DNA of 64,000 nucleotides. It comes from Macrostomum lignano (taxonomy: Eukaryota). Below, piece after piece: positions 1-11,008 of this stretch; positions within the stretch are counted from its first letter, which is position 1; the number at the start of each line of letters is the position of its first letter. The notes beneath the pieces are model-generated. The model worked only from the letters and a program-made list of their open reading frames with translations. It had not been told where the DNA came from and did no database searches. A program made the translations under genes and the position numbers. The stretch lies in assembly GCA_002269645.1 (NCBI GenBank), contig NIVC01002567.1, forward strand, positions 97,187-161,186, written 5' to 3'.

Positions 1-483
1 CAGCGTCAGCTTTGTCTCGCGGAGAAGCCTCTCCCTCAGAGCTGGGTCGTTCGCACCGATGACGATCTGATCTCGAATGACGCTGTTCTCGATGGTCTCC
101 TTGTTCGCTGGCTCGCTGTAGTTGCATCGCTTCATGAGCTGGCGAAGTGAGCCGACGAATTGGTCGAAGTCCTCAGCTTCTCCTTGCACTCTTGTTCGAA
201 GCTGGTAGCGCTCAAAGGTCTCATTCGACAGAGGCTCGCAGTACTCTTGGAACGCACTCTTTGCAGCTGCGTACGTTGCTACTTGGTCTGCAGAAAACGT
301 GGAGAATACGTCCTGTCCATCGGATCCCAGCGCGGTCAGGAGAACAGCGATCTTCACTTCTTCACTTTCTTCAGTCCTCTTCGTAGCTTTCATGTAGAAA
401 TCAAATGCACTGATCCATCGCCTCCAGTTGTCTGCCCTATTGGTGTCAAAAATCATGGGCTCTGGCGGCCTCAATCCATCCAT
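1..483 (-). CDS. gag: Ty3/Gypsy (Mag-like) Gag, N-terminal part; ORF runs off the window start
   Basis: Manual minus-strand translation from ATG 483 gives 161 codons with no stop: MDGLRPPEPMIFDTNRADNWRRWISAFDFYMKAT...RVQGEAEDFDQFVGSLRQLMKRCNY...IRDQIVIGANDPALRERLLRETKLTL. These motifs are typical of Gypsy/Mag retrotransposon Gag. Confidence 0.88.
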   Translation of the reverse strand, partial: MDGLRPPEPMIFDTNRADNWRRWISAFDFYMKATKRTEESEEVKIAVLLTALGSDGQDVFSTFSADQVATYAAAKSAFQEYCEPLSNETFERYQLRTRVQGEAEDFDQFVGSLRQLMKRCNYSEPANKETIENSVIRDQIVIGANDPALRERLLRETKLTL

Positions 484-504
484 GCTGGCTTGCTAGAAAG
501 TTTA

Positions 505-518
505 GACTTGCGACGCCA
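505..518 (-). promoter_or_regulatory. Primer binding site of the LTR retrotransposon
   Basis: On the minus strand, TGGCGTCGCAAGTC immediately follows the LTR end ...ACATAACA. A TGG start is complementary to tRNA 3' CCA. The primer tRNA was not identified. Confidence 0.75.
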
Positions 519-726
519 TGTTATGTTGGAAGTCAAGGCGAGTGTGTGCGAGCTACGAAACGCTTAAAGCCAGCGATGGGCAGAGAGCCGATATATATAT
601 TATTGTTTAGTCAAGTGCAGTGAGCAATGTACATTGTACGCGTCAATGGGGGACTGGGGGCAGGTGCACTGAGAGAGAAAGAGAAAGACTGCACGTCGGC
701 TAGCCAGCATCGATCATTACACAACA
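519..726 (-). mobile_element. 5' LTR (~208 bp) of the Gypsy element
   Basis: Minus strand begins TGTTGTGT and ends ACATAACA (TG...CA with an 8-bp imperfect inverted repeat). It abuts the PBS and contains a TA-rich TATA-like tract near 592-603. The second LTR is outside the window. Confidence 0.72.
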
Positions 727-936
727 GTCTCCAGTCTTTGTTCAGAGTAGTTTGTTGGATTGTGCTCAAAACCTGGCCGTGAGTCTCCAGTCTTTGTTCA
801 GAGTAGTTTGTTGGATTGTGCTCAAAACCTGGCCGTGAGTCTCCAGTCTTTGTTCAGAGTAGTTTGTGGGATTGTGCTCAAAACCTGGCCGTGAGTCTCC
901 AGTCTTTGTTCAGAGTAGTTTATTGGATTGTGCTCA
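727..936. repeat. 56-bp tandem repeat, ~3.7 copies
   Basis: Unit gtctccagtctttgttcagagtagtttgttggattgtgctcaaaacctggccgtga starts at 727, 783, 839 and 895. Confidence 0.95.
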
Positions 937-1094
937 GGAGTCAGCGCTTGATGTGGTTCAATGTCGTCGAAGGGCATTGAATTAGGGTGTCCGCAGCCCC
1001 CGGGGTGTGGATTCTATACTTTGCTTGTAGATTTCGGATACGGTGGGCTCCATTTCTCAAATGTACTTTAAATGTGGCATTCACACCTGTTCAG

Positions 1095-1616
1095 AATGCA
1101 CGCGGCAGCAGCAGCGGTGCCGCCAGCGTCTCGCTCTCAGCTCTATCCGGTGTACTGAGCCTGCTGGAGCTGGCCAACCTCCTGGCCTTCCTGCGGCACG
1201 GCCGCCGGGTCAGCCTGGTCCACCGGTTGCTGGGCGCCCGCTGGGGCCACCCGCCGGGCCCGCCTAGGCTGTACCAGCCTGCGGCATTCGCATTCGTCGA
1301 TCGGGAGCTGGTCTGGCACAGCTTCGCCGAGTTGGCCGACGCCGCCACCGGCGCCATTGCCGATGCTCGCCGATTCATTTCCGGTAGACGCGACTACGAC
1401 TGTGACGGCTCGTCTGGTGCCGCTTCCGGTAGTCCAGGCGGCTGCAGGCTGTGCGGTCAGGAGGCCTGTCTGCCCACTCTGTGCAGCAGCGACTGCCGCT
1501 GCGGACCCTGCTGCTACTTCTGCCTGGCTGCCAGCCTGCCCTACTCCTGCCCGACCTGCCCTGCCGCTGCCCGCACCGTGGCCGACCTGGTGCTGGCGTG
1601 CGGTCCATCGGAGTGA
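1095..1616 (+). CDS. PEX2: Peroxin-2 (PEX2), 3' coding exon with C-terminal RING finger; upstream exons not in the window
   Basis: LLELANLLAFLRHGRRVSLVHRLLG, AFAFVDRELVWHSFAE and CRLCGQEACLP...CYFC...SCPTC match PEX2 (LINFLIFL..G....L.ERLLG; FEYMNRELLWHGFAE; CALCGEWP..P...CYFC). Phase-0 acceptor ttcag at 1094. Confidence 0.88.
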   Translation, partial: NARGSSSGAASVSLSALSGVLSLLELANLLAFLRHGRRVSLVHRLLGARWGHPPGPPRLYQPAAFAFVDRELVWHSFAELADAATGAIADARRFISGRRDYDCDGSSGAASGSPGGCRLCGQEACLPTLCSSDCRCGPCCYFCLAASLPYSCPTCPAAARTVADLVLACGPSE

Positions 1617-1702
1617 CGGGCGTCAGTTCTCTCTCCGTCTGTGCTGGCCTTTATTGTGTTCTTAGTGCTGCTTCGCTCTCAGGGAGGTAGGCGATGCATC
1701 TT

Positions 1703-2010
1703 TCCCAGATCCTCGGTTGGAAGTTGCCACCCTCCCAGATCCTCAGTTGGAGGATTTCACACTCCCAGATCCTCAGTTAGAGGATTCCACACTCACAGAT
1801 CCTCAGTTAGAAGCTGCTACACTCCCAGATCCTCAGTTGGAAGTTGCCACCCTCCCAGATCCTCAGTTGGAGGATTCCACACTCACAGATCCTCAGTTGG
1901 AAGCTGCTACACTCCCAGATCCTCATTTGGAGGATTCCACACTCTCAGATCCTCAGTTGGAGGATTCCACACTCCTAGCTCCTGAGCTGAAAGCTGCCGC
2001 CCTCCCAGAT
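1703..2010. repeat. 30-bp minisatellite
   Basis: Unit cccagatcctcagttggaagttgccaccct or ...ggaggattccacact, ~9 copies. Confidence 0.9.
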
Positions 2011-2484
2011 ACTCAGGCTTAGTCCTTCTAGCAATGCTCTATTGTGCTTAAAATACTCGTAGTGGACTCTCAGTTAAGAGTCTAGCAGCACTATTTGCTA
2101 TGTCCATCACTGCCAGTTTGTCAGTATTTGTCTGCCAGTCTATTTGTTCGCCTGTGCCTACTGAAGCATTAGTAGTACTCTCATATGTGAGGCATTTTTT
2201 ATCGTAAAATCCACCAGTTAATTTTGCAGCAATAGAAAGTATTCTAAATTAGAATATTAGTTTGCTGATTGCGAAGTATCCTGTTCTGCTCTACCATGTC
2301 CTCAGTAATGCATATTCTTGTCACTCATAGCGCAGTCATTTTGATTTGAAATAAACATCTTCGCATCGATATTATCTGCTTGTCTTTAGCAAAAAAATTT
2401 GACTGATTAAACAATTTTCAACATGTAAGCAAGAATTGACTTACTGATATATATATTATAGTAGACGGGAGAACCTTGCCATAT

Positions 2485-4190
2485 CCTCTGTTGCTGAGCC
2501 AGTCTCCCAGATCCTCAATTGGGCAGCCAGTCTCCCAGATCCTCAGTTGGGCAGCCAGTCTCCCAGATCCTCAGTTGGGCAGCCAGTCTCCCAGATCCTC
2601 AGTTGGGCAGCCAGTCTCCCAGATCCTCAGTTGGGCAGCCAGTCTCCCAGATCCTCAGTTGGGCAGCCAGTCTCCCAGATCCTCAGTTGCTGGACCAGTC
2701 TCCCAGATCCTCAGTTGGGCAGCCAGCCTCCCAGATCCTCAGTTGCTGGGCCAGCCTCCCAGAACCTCAGTTGCTGGGCCAGCCTCCCAGATCCTCAGTT
2801 GCTGGGCCAGCCTCCCAGAACCTCAGTTGCTGTGCCAGCCTCCCAGATCCTCAGTTGCTGGGCCAGCCTCCCAGATCCTCAGTTGCTGGGCCAGTCTCCC
2901 AGATCCTCAGTTGCTGGACCAGTCTCCCAGATCCTCAGTTGCTGGGCCAGCCTCCCAGATCCTCAGTTGCTGGACCAGTCTCCCAGATCCTCAGTTGGGC
3001 AGCCAGTCTCCCAGATCCTCAGTTGCTGGACCAGTCTCCCAGATCCTCAGTTGGGCAGCCAGCCTCCCAGATCCTCAGTTGCTGGGCCAGCCTCCCAGAT
3101 CCTCAGTTGCTGGGCCAGCCTCCCAGAACCTCAGTTGCTGGGCCAACCTCCCAGATCCTCAGTTGCTGGGCCTGGGTCAGTCTCCCAGATCCTCAGTTAC
3201 TCGGCCAGCCTCCCAGATCCTCAGTTGCTCCTCCCAGAGTCAGTTGCTGGGCCAGCCTCCCAGATCCTCGGTTGCTAGGCCAGCCTCCCAGAGTCATCTG
3301 CTGGTCCAGCCTCCCAGAGTCAGCTGCTGGTCCAGCCTCTCAGAGTCAGTTGCTGGGCCAGTATCCCAGATCTCGGTTGCTGGGCCAGCCTCCCAGAGTC
3401 ATCTGCTGGTCCAGCCTCCCAGAGTCATCTGCTGGGCCAGCCTCCCAGATCCTCAGTTGCTGGACCAGTCTCCCAGATCCTCAGTTGGGCAGCCAGTCTC
3501 CCAGATCCTCAGTTGCTGGACCAGTCTCCCAGATCCTCAGTTGGGCAGCCAGCCTCCCAGATCCTCAGTTGCTGGGCCAGCCTCCCAGATCCTCAGTTGC
3601 TGGGCCAGCCTCCCAGAACCTCAGTTGCTGGGCCAACCTCCCAGATCCTCAGTTGCTGGGCCTGGGTCAGTCTCCCAGATCCTCAGTTACTCGGCCAGCC
3701 TCCCAGATCCTCAGTTGCTCCTCCCAGAGTCAGTTGCTGGGCCAGCCTCCCAGATCCTCGGTTGCTAGGCCAGCCTCCCAGAGTCATCTGCTGGTCCAGC
3801 CTCCCAGAGTCAGCTGCTGGTCCAGCCTCTCAGAGTCAGTTGCTGGGCCAGTATCCCAGATCTCGGTTGCTGGGCCAGCCTCCCAGAGTCATCTGCTGGT
3901 CCAGCCTCCCAGAGTCATCTGCTGGTCCAGCCTCCCAGAGTCAGCTGCTGGGCCAGTATCCCAGATCTCGGTTGCTGGGCCAGCCTCCCAGAGTCATCTG
4001 CTGGTCCAGCCTCCCAGAGTCATCTGCTGGTCCAGCCTCCCAGAGTCATCTGCTGGTCCAGCCTCCCAGAGTCAGCTGCTGGTCCAGCCTCCCAGAGTCA
4101 GCTGCTGGTCCAGCCTCCCAGAGTCAGTTGCTGGGCCAGCCTCCCAGAGTCAGCTGCTAGTCCAGCCTCCCAGAGTCAGTTGCTGGCCAC
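2485..4190. repeat. Compound 28-bp-family minisatellite
   Basis: Units such as cccagatcctcagttgggcagccagtct and cccagatcctcagttgctgggccagcct grade into cccagagtcagctgctggtccagcct. Accounts for the long ORFs at 2476-4288. Confidence 0.93.
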
Positions 4191-4284
4191 CGCTGCCCTC
4201 CCATTTTCCTGTCAGCTTTCAAACCACCCTACTCGCTGCAATCAGGTCAGTAGTGCAGTGCGCACACAACCACCCATTGCAGAC

Positions 4285-4464
4285 ATGAAGCGGTACAAGT
4301 CCATCCCCAAGAAGCGCACCCGTCACGATCGGGAGGAGAAGCGGCGGGACCAGGCCACGCTGCCGAACCAGGTGGTGACCATTGTGCTGCCCACCCTGGT
4401 GCTCATCGTTCTCTTCGTTATTGTCTTCGTGTACTTTGCCTCGCAACCGGCAGCTGAGGCTTGA
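4285..4464 (+). CDS. SMCO4: Single-pass membrane and coiled-coil protein 4 (59 aa)
   Basis: MKRYKSIPKKRTRHDREEKRRDQATLPNQVVTIVLPTLVLIVLFVIVFVYFASQPAAEA aligns end to end with vertebrate SMCO4 (MRQLKGKPKK...QITTVVLPTL...VFVYVATRP). Acceptor-like ttgcag lies 2 nt before the ATG. Confidence 0.9.
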   Translation: MKRYKSIPKKRTRHDREEKRRDQATLPNQVVTIVLPTLVLIVLFVIVFVYFASQPAAEA

Positions 4465-5375
4465 TCGAAAGGTCTAGCTAAGACATTGATATTAACAATT
4501 TACTCTTTCTGGATAACAGTTAATGCGCTGCACTTTTAGTCCTGTCTGGTACGTACGCGTTTAGCGAATCTCTTGAACTTTGTCAGAATTTATAATTTGA
4601 TTGATGGCTCTGCTGCTGTCTTGTCTAGTGCTATAAAACTGGATTTGTTGTCCACGGCGGGTTGCAATGTAACAGAAATATGGAGCCTGCAAGTTTCAGA
4701 TTAAACTTTTTTGTTAGAGGCAGGGGCTGTGTGCACCCTGGCGCACTTTAAGCGACATTGTCACACAACCGGCGAGAGGCGTTGCTGCCCATTCCGCAGA
4801 CTCCCCTGAGCAGGCACACAAGCGCGCGGATACGTACGCAGTCATACGCACAGGCACACACTCACACAGGAGTGCACAGCAGCCCTGACTTTATTTATCG
4901 TTAGACATGTACACTTCACTGTGCCTTGGGGGTTGTCCATCAAGGCCGTTAATTGCACGAGCAGAGCCAAGCCGAGATTCTAATTTAGCCCCAGATTAAT
5001 GTGACTGCACTTGGAATCGAGCCTAAGCCGCTGGCTTCCCGCGCCAGACCACTAGGCTAAGCCCCATCAGATTCTACTTTAAGTAGCATCAAAGAAATTT
5101 GAAAATCCAACCAGTAGTTTCTATACAAGCTCCTCGCTTTGGACAATTTTTATTGCATTATCTATCCGGCTATTGACCGGCTTTTAATTTGTCTTTTTAA
5201 AAGTACATGTGTACGAGCCAGCTGGTTAACTTTGTACGATTGTAAAAATTGAAATTCAATGTGCTTCCATTGTTCGTTGTTTTGTTAACTCCGCTTGTCT
5301 CATGTGCGGTGTGTATTGCTGTGTGTCACTATTCGTCTGTCACCATTATAGGTCTTTTTTATATCTTGCCTGCCA

Positions 5376-5607
5376 CCTCACCCTCCCCCTGCCTCCCTCA
5401 CCCTCCCCCTGTCTCCCTCACCCTCCCTGCCTCCCTCACCCTCCCCCTGGCCTCCCTTACCCTCCCCAGCCTCCTTCACCCCTCCCCCTGCCTCCCTCAC
5501 CCTCCTCCTGCCTCCCTCACCCCTCCCCCTGCCTCCCTCACCCCTCCCCCTGCCTCCCTCACCCTCCCCTGCCTCCCTCATTCTCCCCTGCCTCCCTCAC
5601 CCTCCCA
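5376..5607. repeat. C/T-rich low-complexity repeat
   Basis: Repeated cctccctcaccctccccctg-like units. Confidence 0.85.
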
Positions 5608-6224
5608 TTGCCAGCGGAAGTTAAGTGCAGTTTCTAATTTCTTTAAAAAAATTAGTCTTGACGATAACGGCTTGTTTATGTCTTTTTACTCTCACTTGTT
5701 TTTTATTTTTATATACTGAGCAGAGCTCGTCCGTGTCCATGTGATGCTTCTGATGTCAAGGGGCGTTATGCCATTCCCGAAGTCTGTTATTCCACGCTTG
5801 TCATTCCCCTTTTTCTCCAGGAAAATTGATTGTTTGCCAGCCTCTCAGAGCAGCTTGCTGATCAAACTGAGTTCAACTCATTGTTGACACAGGTTTTTAA
5901 ATAGATTTTACAAGCGTTTGACTATCTGAGCGTTTTGTCAGTCTGTTCTTGTTTTCTGCGGTTTTAGGCCTGATTGCATGACAAAAAATTATTGTTATAC
6001 AAACTGATTCTTGTTTGCTTGTGAGTGTTTCTCGTGTCAAAGTCTTCTTTTAAGTTCTGATATGAGTTCGAAAATATATAAATATTCCTTTCGGAGTGAG
6101 CAGTCCTATCTCTGATACCTTCAATAGCTTTTTGTGTCAGCCAGGTTTGCTTACGAGCATAGTTGGTCATTTCCGTGTGCCATGCCGCCATGAAAGGAAC
6201 GGGAACGGTGGGGGCTGATGGAAA

Positions 6225-6655
6225 GGGTTAGAGAGTGATAAAAAGGGTGTGAGGGTAACAAAGAGTGTGTTAAGGTAAGGAAGAGGGTAAGAGGGTAATG
6301 AAAAGGGTGTGAGGGTAACAAAGAGTGTGTTAAGGTAAGGAAGAGGGTAAGAGGGTAATGAAAAGGGTGTGAGGGTAACAAAGAGTGTGTTAAGGTAAGG
6401 AAGAGGGTAAGAGGGTAATGAAAAGGGTGTGAGGGTTATGAAAAGGGTGTGAGGGTTATGAAAAGGGTGTGAGGGTTATGAAAAGGGTGTGAGGGCAATG
6501 AAAAGGGTTTGAGGGTAATTAAGAGGGTGTGAGGGCAATTAAAAGGGTTTGAGGGTAATGAAGAGGGTGTGAGGGCAATGAAAATGGTGTCAGGGTAATG
6601 AAGAGCGGAATAAAGAGAGTTGAAGGATGATTGAGAGGGTATGAGGGTGATGAAG
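6225..6655. repeat. 20-bp minisatellite with a 60-bp higher-order unit
   Basis: gaaaagggtgtgagggtaat-type units; the 60-nt lines at 6241, 6301 and 6361 are near-identical. Confidence 0.88.
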
Positions 6656-7119
6656 AGGTTGCAAATGTTTAATCAGGTGAGAGGGTGCTGTGCAGGGCGA
6701 GAGCAATGCTTGCCCACGTTTCTGCTCGAAGAAGAAATGGGAACCAAAAAAGTAGCACATTATGAAATTTCTAATCTCAATAGTACAGCAAAGTGCTTTG
6801 TTGGCCCTCAAGGAATGTATTGCATGGTTTCTATAATTAGCAGTAAATCCAGTCCATGGAATTCCCTTACTGCATGTCTACATGTACATTCGTGCACACG
6901 TATTTCCATAAATTATATTTGTACGAAAGATTACTTTGGCCAGACACACAATGCCACTCAACGGACGCTTCTACCACGAAATCTACCCTCTGCATTATAG
7001 TGGGTTGGACTGGGTGGCAACAATTTGCACTGTGAGTTCCCAGGTATAGGAGTTGGCTGAGGGGATTGAAGCTATTCTTCGCCTGTGTACTTTCATGCCC
7101 GGTGTGTACTTGCTCAATC

Positions 7120-7325
7120 CATCAACCAACCGACCAAGCAAACCAAACAACCAACCTACCAGATAACCAAACTAATCAACCAATCAAGCAAGAAAGCTAC
7201 CAAGCAAACAACCAATCAAGCAAGAAAGCTACCAAGCAAACAACCAATCAAGCAAGAAAGATACCAAGCAAACAACCAATCAAGCAAGAAAGCTACCAAG
7301 CAAACAACCAATCAAGCAAGCAACA
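7120..7325. repeat. AACC/AATC-rich repeat (~32-bp unit)
   Basis: aaccaatcaagcaagaaagctaccaagcaaac repeated ~4 times. Confidence 0.8.
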
Positions 7326-7557
7326 AATCGATCCCGCAGGCACCATGTCGCTGGCCCCACTCCGCTGCGTCGGTCCCGACTGCTCAGAGCCGTCGCCATT
7401 CCGACTGTCGCCAGCCGACGGTCGAGTCCGTATCGGCATGGCCGGCATCTACTACCTATTCGGTCACGTGACGTTCACCTCAATCACTCGAGCAGGCCTT
7501 CGCTGTGTCAGTTCGCTGTGGCGCCTCCTGGCACTGTGGCGCCTCCTGACACACTGA
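7326..7557 (+). pseudogene. Duplicated, frameshifted copy of the last exon of the TNF-like gene
   Basis: 7326-7481 matches 10645-10800 (156 bp, 4 mismatches), including the acceptor cccgcag. A +4-nt change follows (aatcact vs gcc), then divergence. Confidence 0.85.
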
Positions 7558-7819
7558 CGCAGAATCAGTTTGCGCTGATACAGTTAAAGCGCCATTAACT
7601 GCTTGATAATTTTTTGCCTTTACTATCACTAATCGCTAATTATTTGCGAATAAATGAAATGATATTTAACTGATAGAAATGTCAGCCTCGTCTGCAATGC
7701 AAATTTAAGTATAATATTCTATATACACGTAATGTATTTTTACCAGGTACTTATTTATGTACCTTAGAGAATATAATTCTTTCTATAGAATTATAATCTC
7801 TTGTTTTATTTTTAATCAA

Positions 7820-8125
7820 TACACTAATGAACTAATACGCTAATGAACTAATACACGAATGAACTAATACACTTGTAATGAACTAATACACTAATGAACT
7901 AATACACTAATGAACTAATACACTAATGAACTAATACACTAATGAACTAATACACGAATGAACTAATACACGAATGAACTAATACACTAGTAATGAACTA
8001 ATACACTAATGAACTAATACACTAATGAACTAATACACTAATGAACTAATACACGAATGAACTAATACACTAATGAACTAATACACTAGTAATGAACTAA
8101 TACACTAATGAATTAACACACTAAT
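7820..8125. repeat. 16-bp minisatellite
   Basis: (aatgaactaatacact)n. Confidence 0.92.
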
Positions 8126-8149
8126 ACTTTCACGTGTCCCCATCCGCAT

Positions 8150-8355
8150 ATACTAATCCCTATCTTTCCCTCAGTCACTAATCCCCAACTGTCTCTCATT
8201 CACTAATCCCCAACTGTCTCCCATTCACTAATCCCCAACTGTCTCCCATTCACTAATCCCCATCCGTCCCTCATTCACTAATCCCCATCCGTACCTCATT
8301 CACTAATCCCCATCAGTCCCTCAGTCACTAATCCCCACCTGTCCCTCATTCACAA
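8150..8355. repeat. ~25-bp minisatellite
   Basis: ctcattcactaatccccatccgtcc-like units. Confidence 0.85.
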
Positions 8356-8704
8356 ACCTCCCTTTGCTTTCCCTAAATGGTAACTCTGTGCAATTTAAAT
8401 CGCTAATATTCCTATCTGACATTCAGTTAATCCAGTTGGCAGCAGCTACATCCTTGTTAGTTAAAAAGCCAAAGTGCCTTCCATGGGAGTTTCGCTCTAC
8501 GTCATGTCAAAAATCTGCTACCGAAGCATCGCACATCCTCGTATGTGCAAACTGATTTTACTCAATCCAGTTGCTGCGCAAATGCGGTGCCTTTTGCCAA
8601 TTATTTAGCACCTCTTTCCGCAAAACCAACGCTCTGAGTCATATATTTAAGTCCGCGGAATCGCCCCCCCCCTTCTTATATACGGGCAGATACGAGTACA
8701 AGGC

Positions 8705-10180
8705 ATGGAGTCGTGCCGGTTCTTGTCCCGTGTCGATTGCGCGTGCACCTGCAATCACAGATCCAATATTCGTTACAAGGAGAACAAGCCCAAAATAATG
8801 CCAACGCCCAACGACAGCTTCATCCGGATTCCCTCGCAGACTCCCAACGAACAACCGACTGTCTCAAAGCCTTTGAGAATGACATGCGTCTCAGCGCTGC
8901 TCTGCCTGTTGTTCGCCTCTTCAATTGTCTGCCTGCAACTCTGGCCACGATATGGAGCCGGCTCCAAGTCTCCTGTTCAACAAAATGCCACTTTCAATGA
9001 CGGCAAGGCACCTTCTTCAGCTGCGAGAAATCTGCCTGCAGCCCCGACGGTTTTGACTGTGAGTCTGGCGCTGTGAGACAGACACTAGGACATGCAGATA
9101 GACACTAGGACATACAAATAGACACTAGGACATGCAAATAGACACTAGGACATGCAGATAGACACTAGGACATGCAGATAGACACTAGGACATGCAGATA
9201 GACACTAGGACATGCAAATAGACACTAGGACATGCAGATAGACACTAGGACATGCAGATAGACACTAGGACATGCAGATAGACACTAGGACATGCAGATA
9301 GACACTAGGACATGCAGATAGACACTAGGACATGCAGATAGACACTAGGACATGCAGATAGACACTAGGACATGCATGCAGGCACAAAGACATTGAGACA
9401 CTACTACATGCACACTGACACAAAGACATGCTGAAAGACACTATAGGCCAAGCAGACGAATACTAAAACATATAAACATAAAGACAGCCGTGAAGACAGA
9501 GAAGGCAGGCAGAATGAACTCAGAACAGCTATTTTTAGCCCTTGCTCAATTTTATCAAGGGTCCCTATGAGCTCTTGTCCTGCATGGTAAGCGTTGCTAT
9601 GCAGTACTGGTCAGGTGTACCCCAGAGTTCCGCTGCCACCGCTCCTCACCAGTGTGATCCAGCGCACTCTACAAGGAAATTCCAAGCTTCTGCCCCGGCT
9701 TTTCTGCACTTTTTCCACCCCCAGACAAACACTCACCCCCCTCGCAACCCTCGCAGAGATCCTACGCACTAGATCTGCGCTCGCTGCCGCAGTGCACTAA
9801 GGCGAGGCAACAGCAGCAGTCGATGAGGGCACTGCAGTGTCGGAATGGTGCCGACTACGTGTTCAAGGGTGAGGATTTTGTTTACCTACAAGTACAGTGG
9901 CATCGCTTCCGTGAAAGGAATAGGAAAAGATACTTTGCTCTATAAACTTTGTCACTATCGTGAGTTCGAATTTTCCCCACAAATTGGTCAGTCAACCAAT
10001 CAATCAATCAATTAATCAATCAATCAGTCAATCCAAGAATCAATCAACCAACCAATCAATCAATCAATCAATCAACCGATCAATCAACCAACCAATCAAT
10101 CAATCAATCAACCGATCAATCAACCAACCAATCAATCAATCAATCAACCAATCAATCAATCAACCAACCAACCAACCAGC

Positions 10181-10240
<60 letters not shown>

Positions 10241-10431
10241 TATCAATCAATCAGTCAATCCAAGAATCAATCAACCAACCAATCAATCAATCAATCAATC
10301 AACCAACCAATCAACGAATCAATCAACCAACCAATCAATCAGTCAATCAACCGATCAATCAACCAACCAATCAATCAATCAATCAACCAATCAATCAATC
10401 AACCAATCAATCAATCAACCAACCAACCAAC

Positions 10432-10470
<39 letters not shown>

Positions 10471-10487
10471 CCAACCAATTAACGAAT

Positions 10488-10518
<31 letters not shown>

Positions 10519-11008
10519 CCAATCAATCAACCAACCAACCAATCTATCAATCAACGAATCAATCAATCAACCAACCAACCAATTAATCACCCAATCAACC
10601 TATCGCCCAATAAATCAAGCAACCGACAAATCAGTCGACCAACCAATCGATCCCGCAGGCACCATGTCGCTGGCCCCACTCCGCTGCGTCGGTCCCGACT
10701 GCTCAGAGCCGTCGCCATTCCGACTGTCGCCAGCCGACGGTCGAGTCCGCATCAGCATGGCCGGCATCTACGACCTGTTCGGTCACGTGACGTTCACCTC
10801 GCCCGAGCAGGCCTCCGCTGTGCCGGTCGGCCTGCTGGTGAACGGCCGGCCAGCGGCGGTGTCCCGGACAGGCTGCTCAGTGCAGAGGAAGCTGCGCCTG
10901 CAGCCCGGAGACTGGGCCCGTCTGATAGTGCTTCGCAACGGCCCCATCGTCAGGGTTAGCGCCAGTCCCAGCGCCACACTGCTGCAGGTCACGCGTCTGG
11001 GAGACTGA
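8705..11008 (+). CDS. Type II membrane protein with a TNF/C1q-like C-terminal domain; predicted exons 8705-9058, 9757-9868, 10659-11008
   Basis: Exon 1 encodes a hydrophobic segment (CVSALLCLLFASSIVCLQLW). Donor gtgagt at 9059 (phase 0), acceptor at 9756, donor gtgag at 9869 (phase 1) and acceptor at 10658 keep one frame. The last exon carries GRVRISMAGIYDLFGHVTF...KLRLQPGDWARL, resembling the TNF-family G.L.I...GLY.IYSQV.F and L..GD strands. An alternative micro-exon at 9560-9586 is possible. Confidence 0.62.
9077..9378. repeat. 20-bp minisatellite in intron 1 of the TNF-like gene
   Basis: (gacactaggacatgcagata)n, ~15 copies. Confidence 0.95.
9985..10640. repeat. (AATC/AACC)n microsatellite
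   Basis: Directly visible tetranucleotide array in the last intron. Confidence 0.95.

Noticed and set aside
160-567. Plus-strand 135-aa ORF
   Set aside because: It is the antisense shadow of the Gypsy gag ORF on the minus strand.
727-936. CRISPR-like appearance of the 56-bp array (also the 49-bp array at 28270 and the 47-bp array at 63355)
   Set aside because: Units are head-to-tail with no unique spacers and no cas genes, in a eukaryotic context.
2476-4288. 430-589-aa ORFs, and similar long ORFs at 13931, 26778, 30004, 36584, 38173, 42340, 48774, 49804, 55893 and 57579
   Set aside because: They are translations of stop-free tandem repeats, open in several frames at once, with no domain content.
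4721-4887. Possible hAT MITE (CAGGGGCTGTGTGCAC ... GTGCACAGCAGCCCTG)
   Set aside because: TIRs are imperfect and no 8-bp TSD is present; it cannot be supported without copy-number data.
5760-6191. Possible LINE fragment (KQTWLTQKAIEGIRDR) on the minus strand
   Set aside because: One weak motif, multiple stops and no RT or endonuclease signature.
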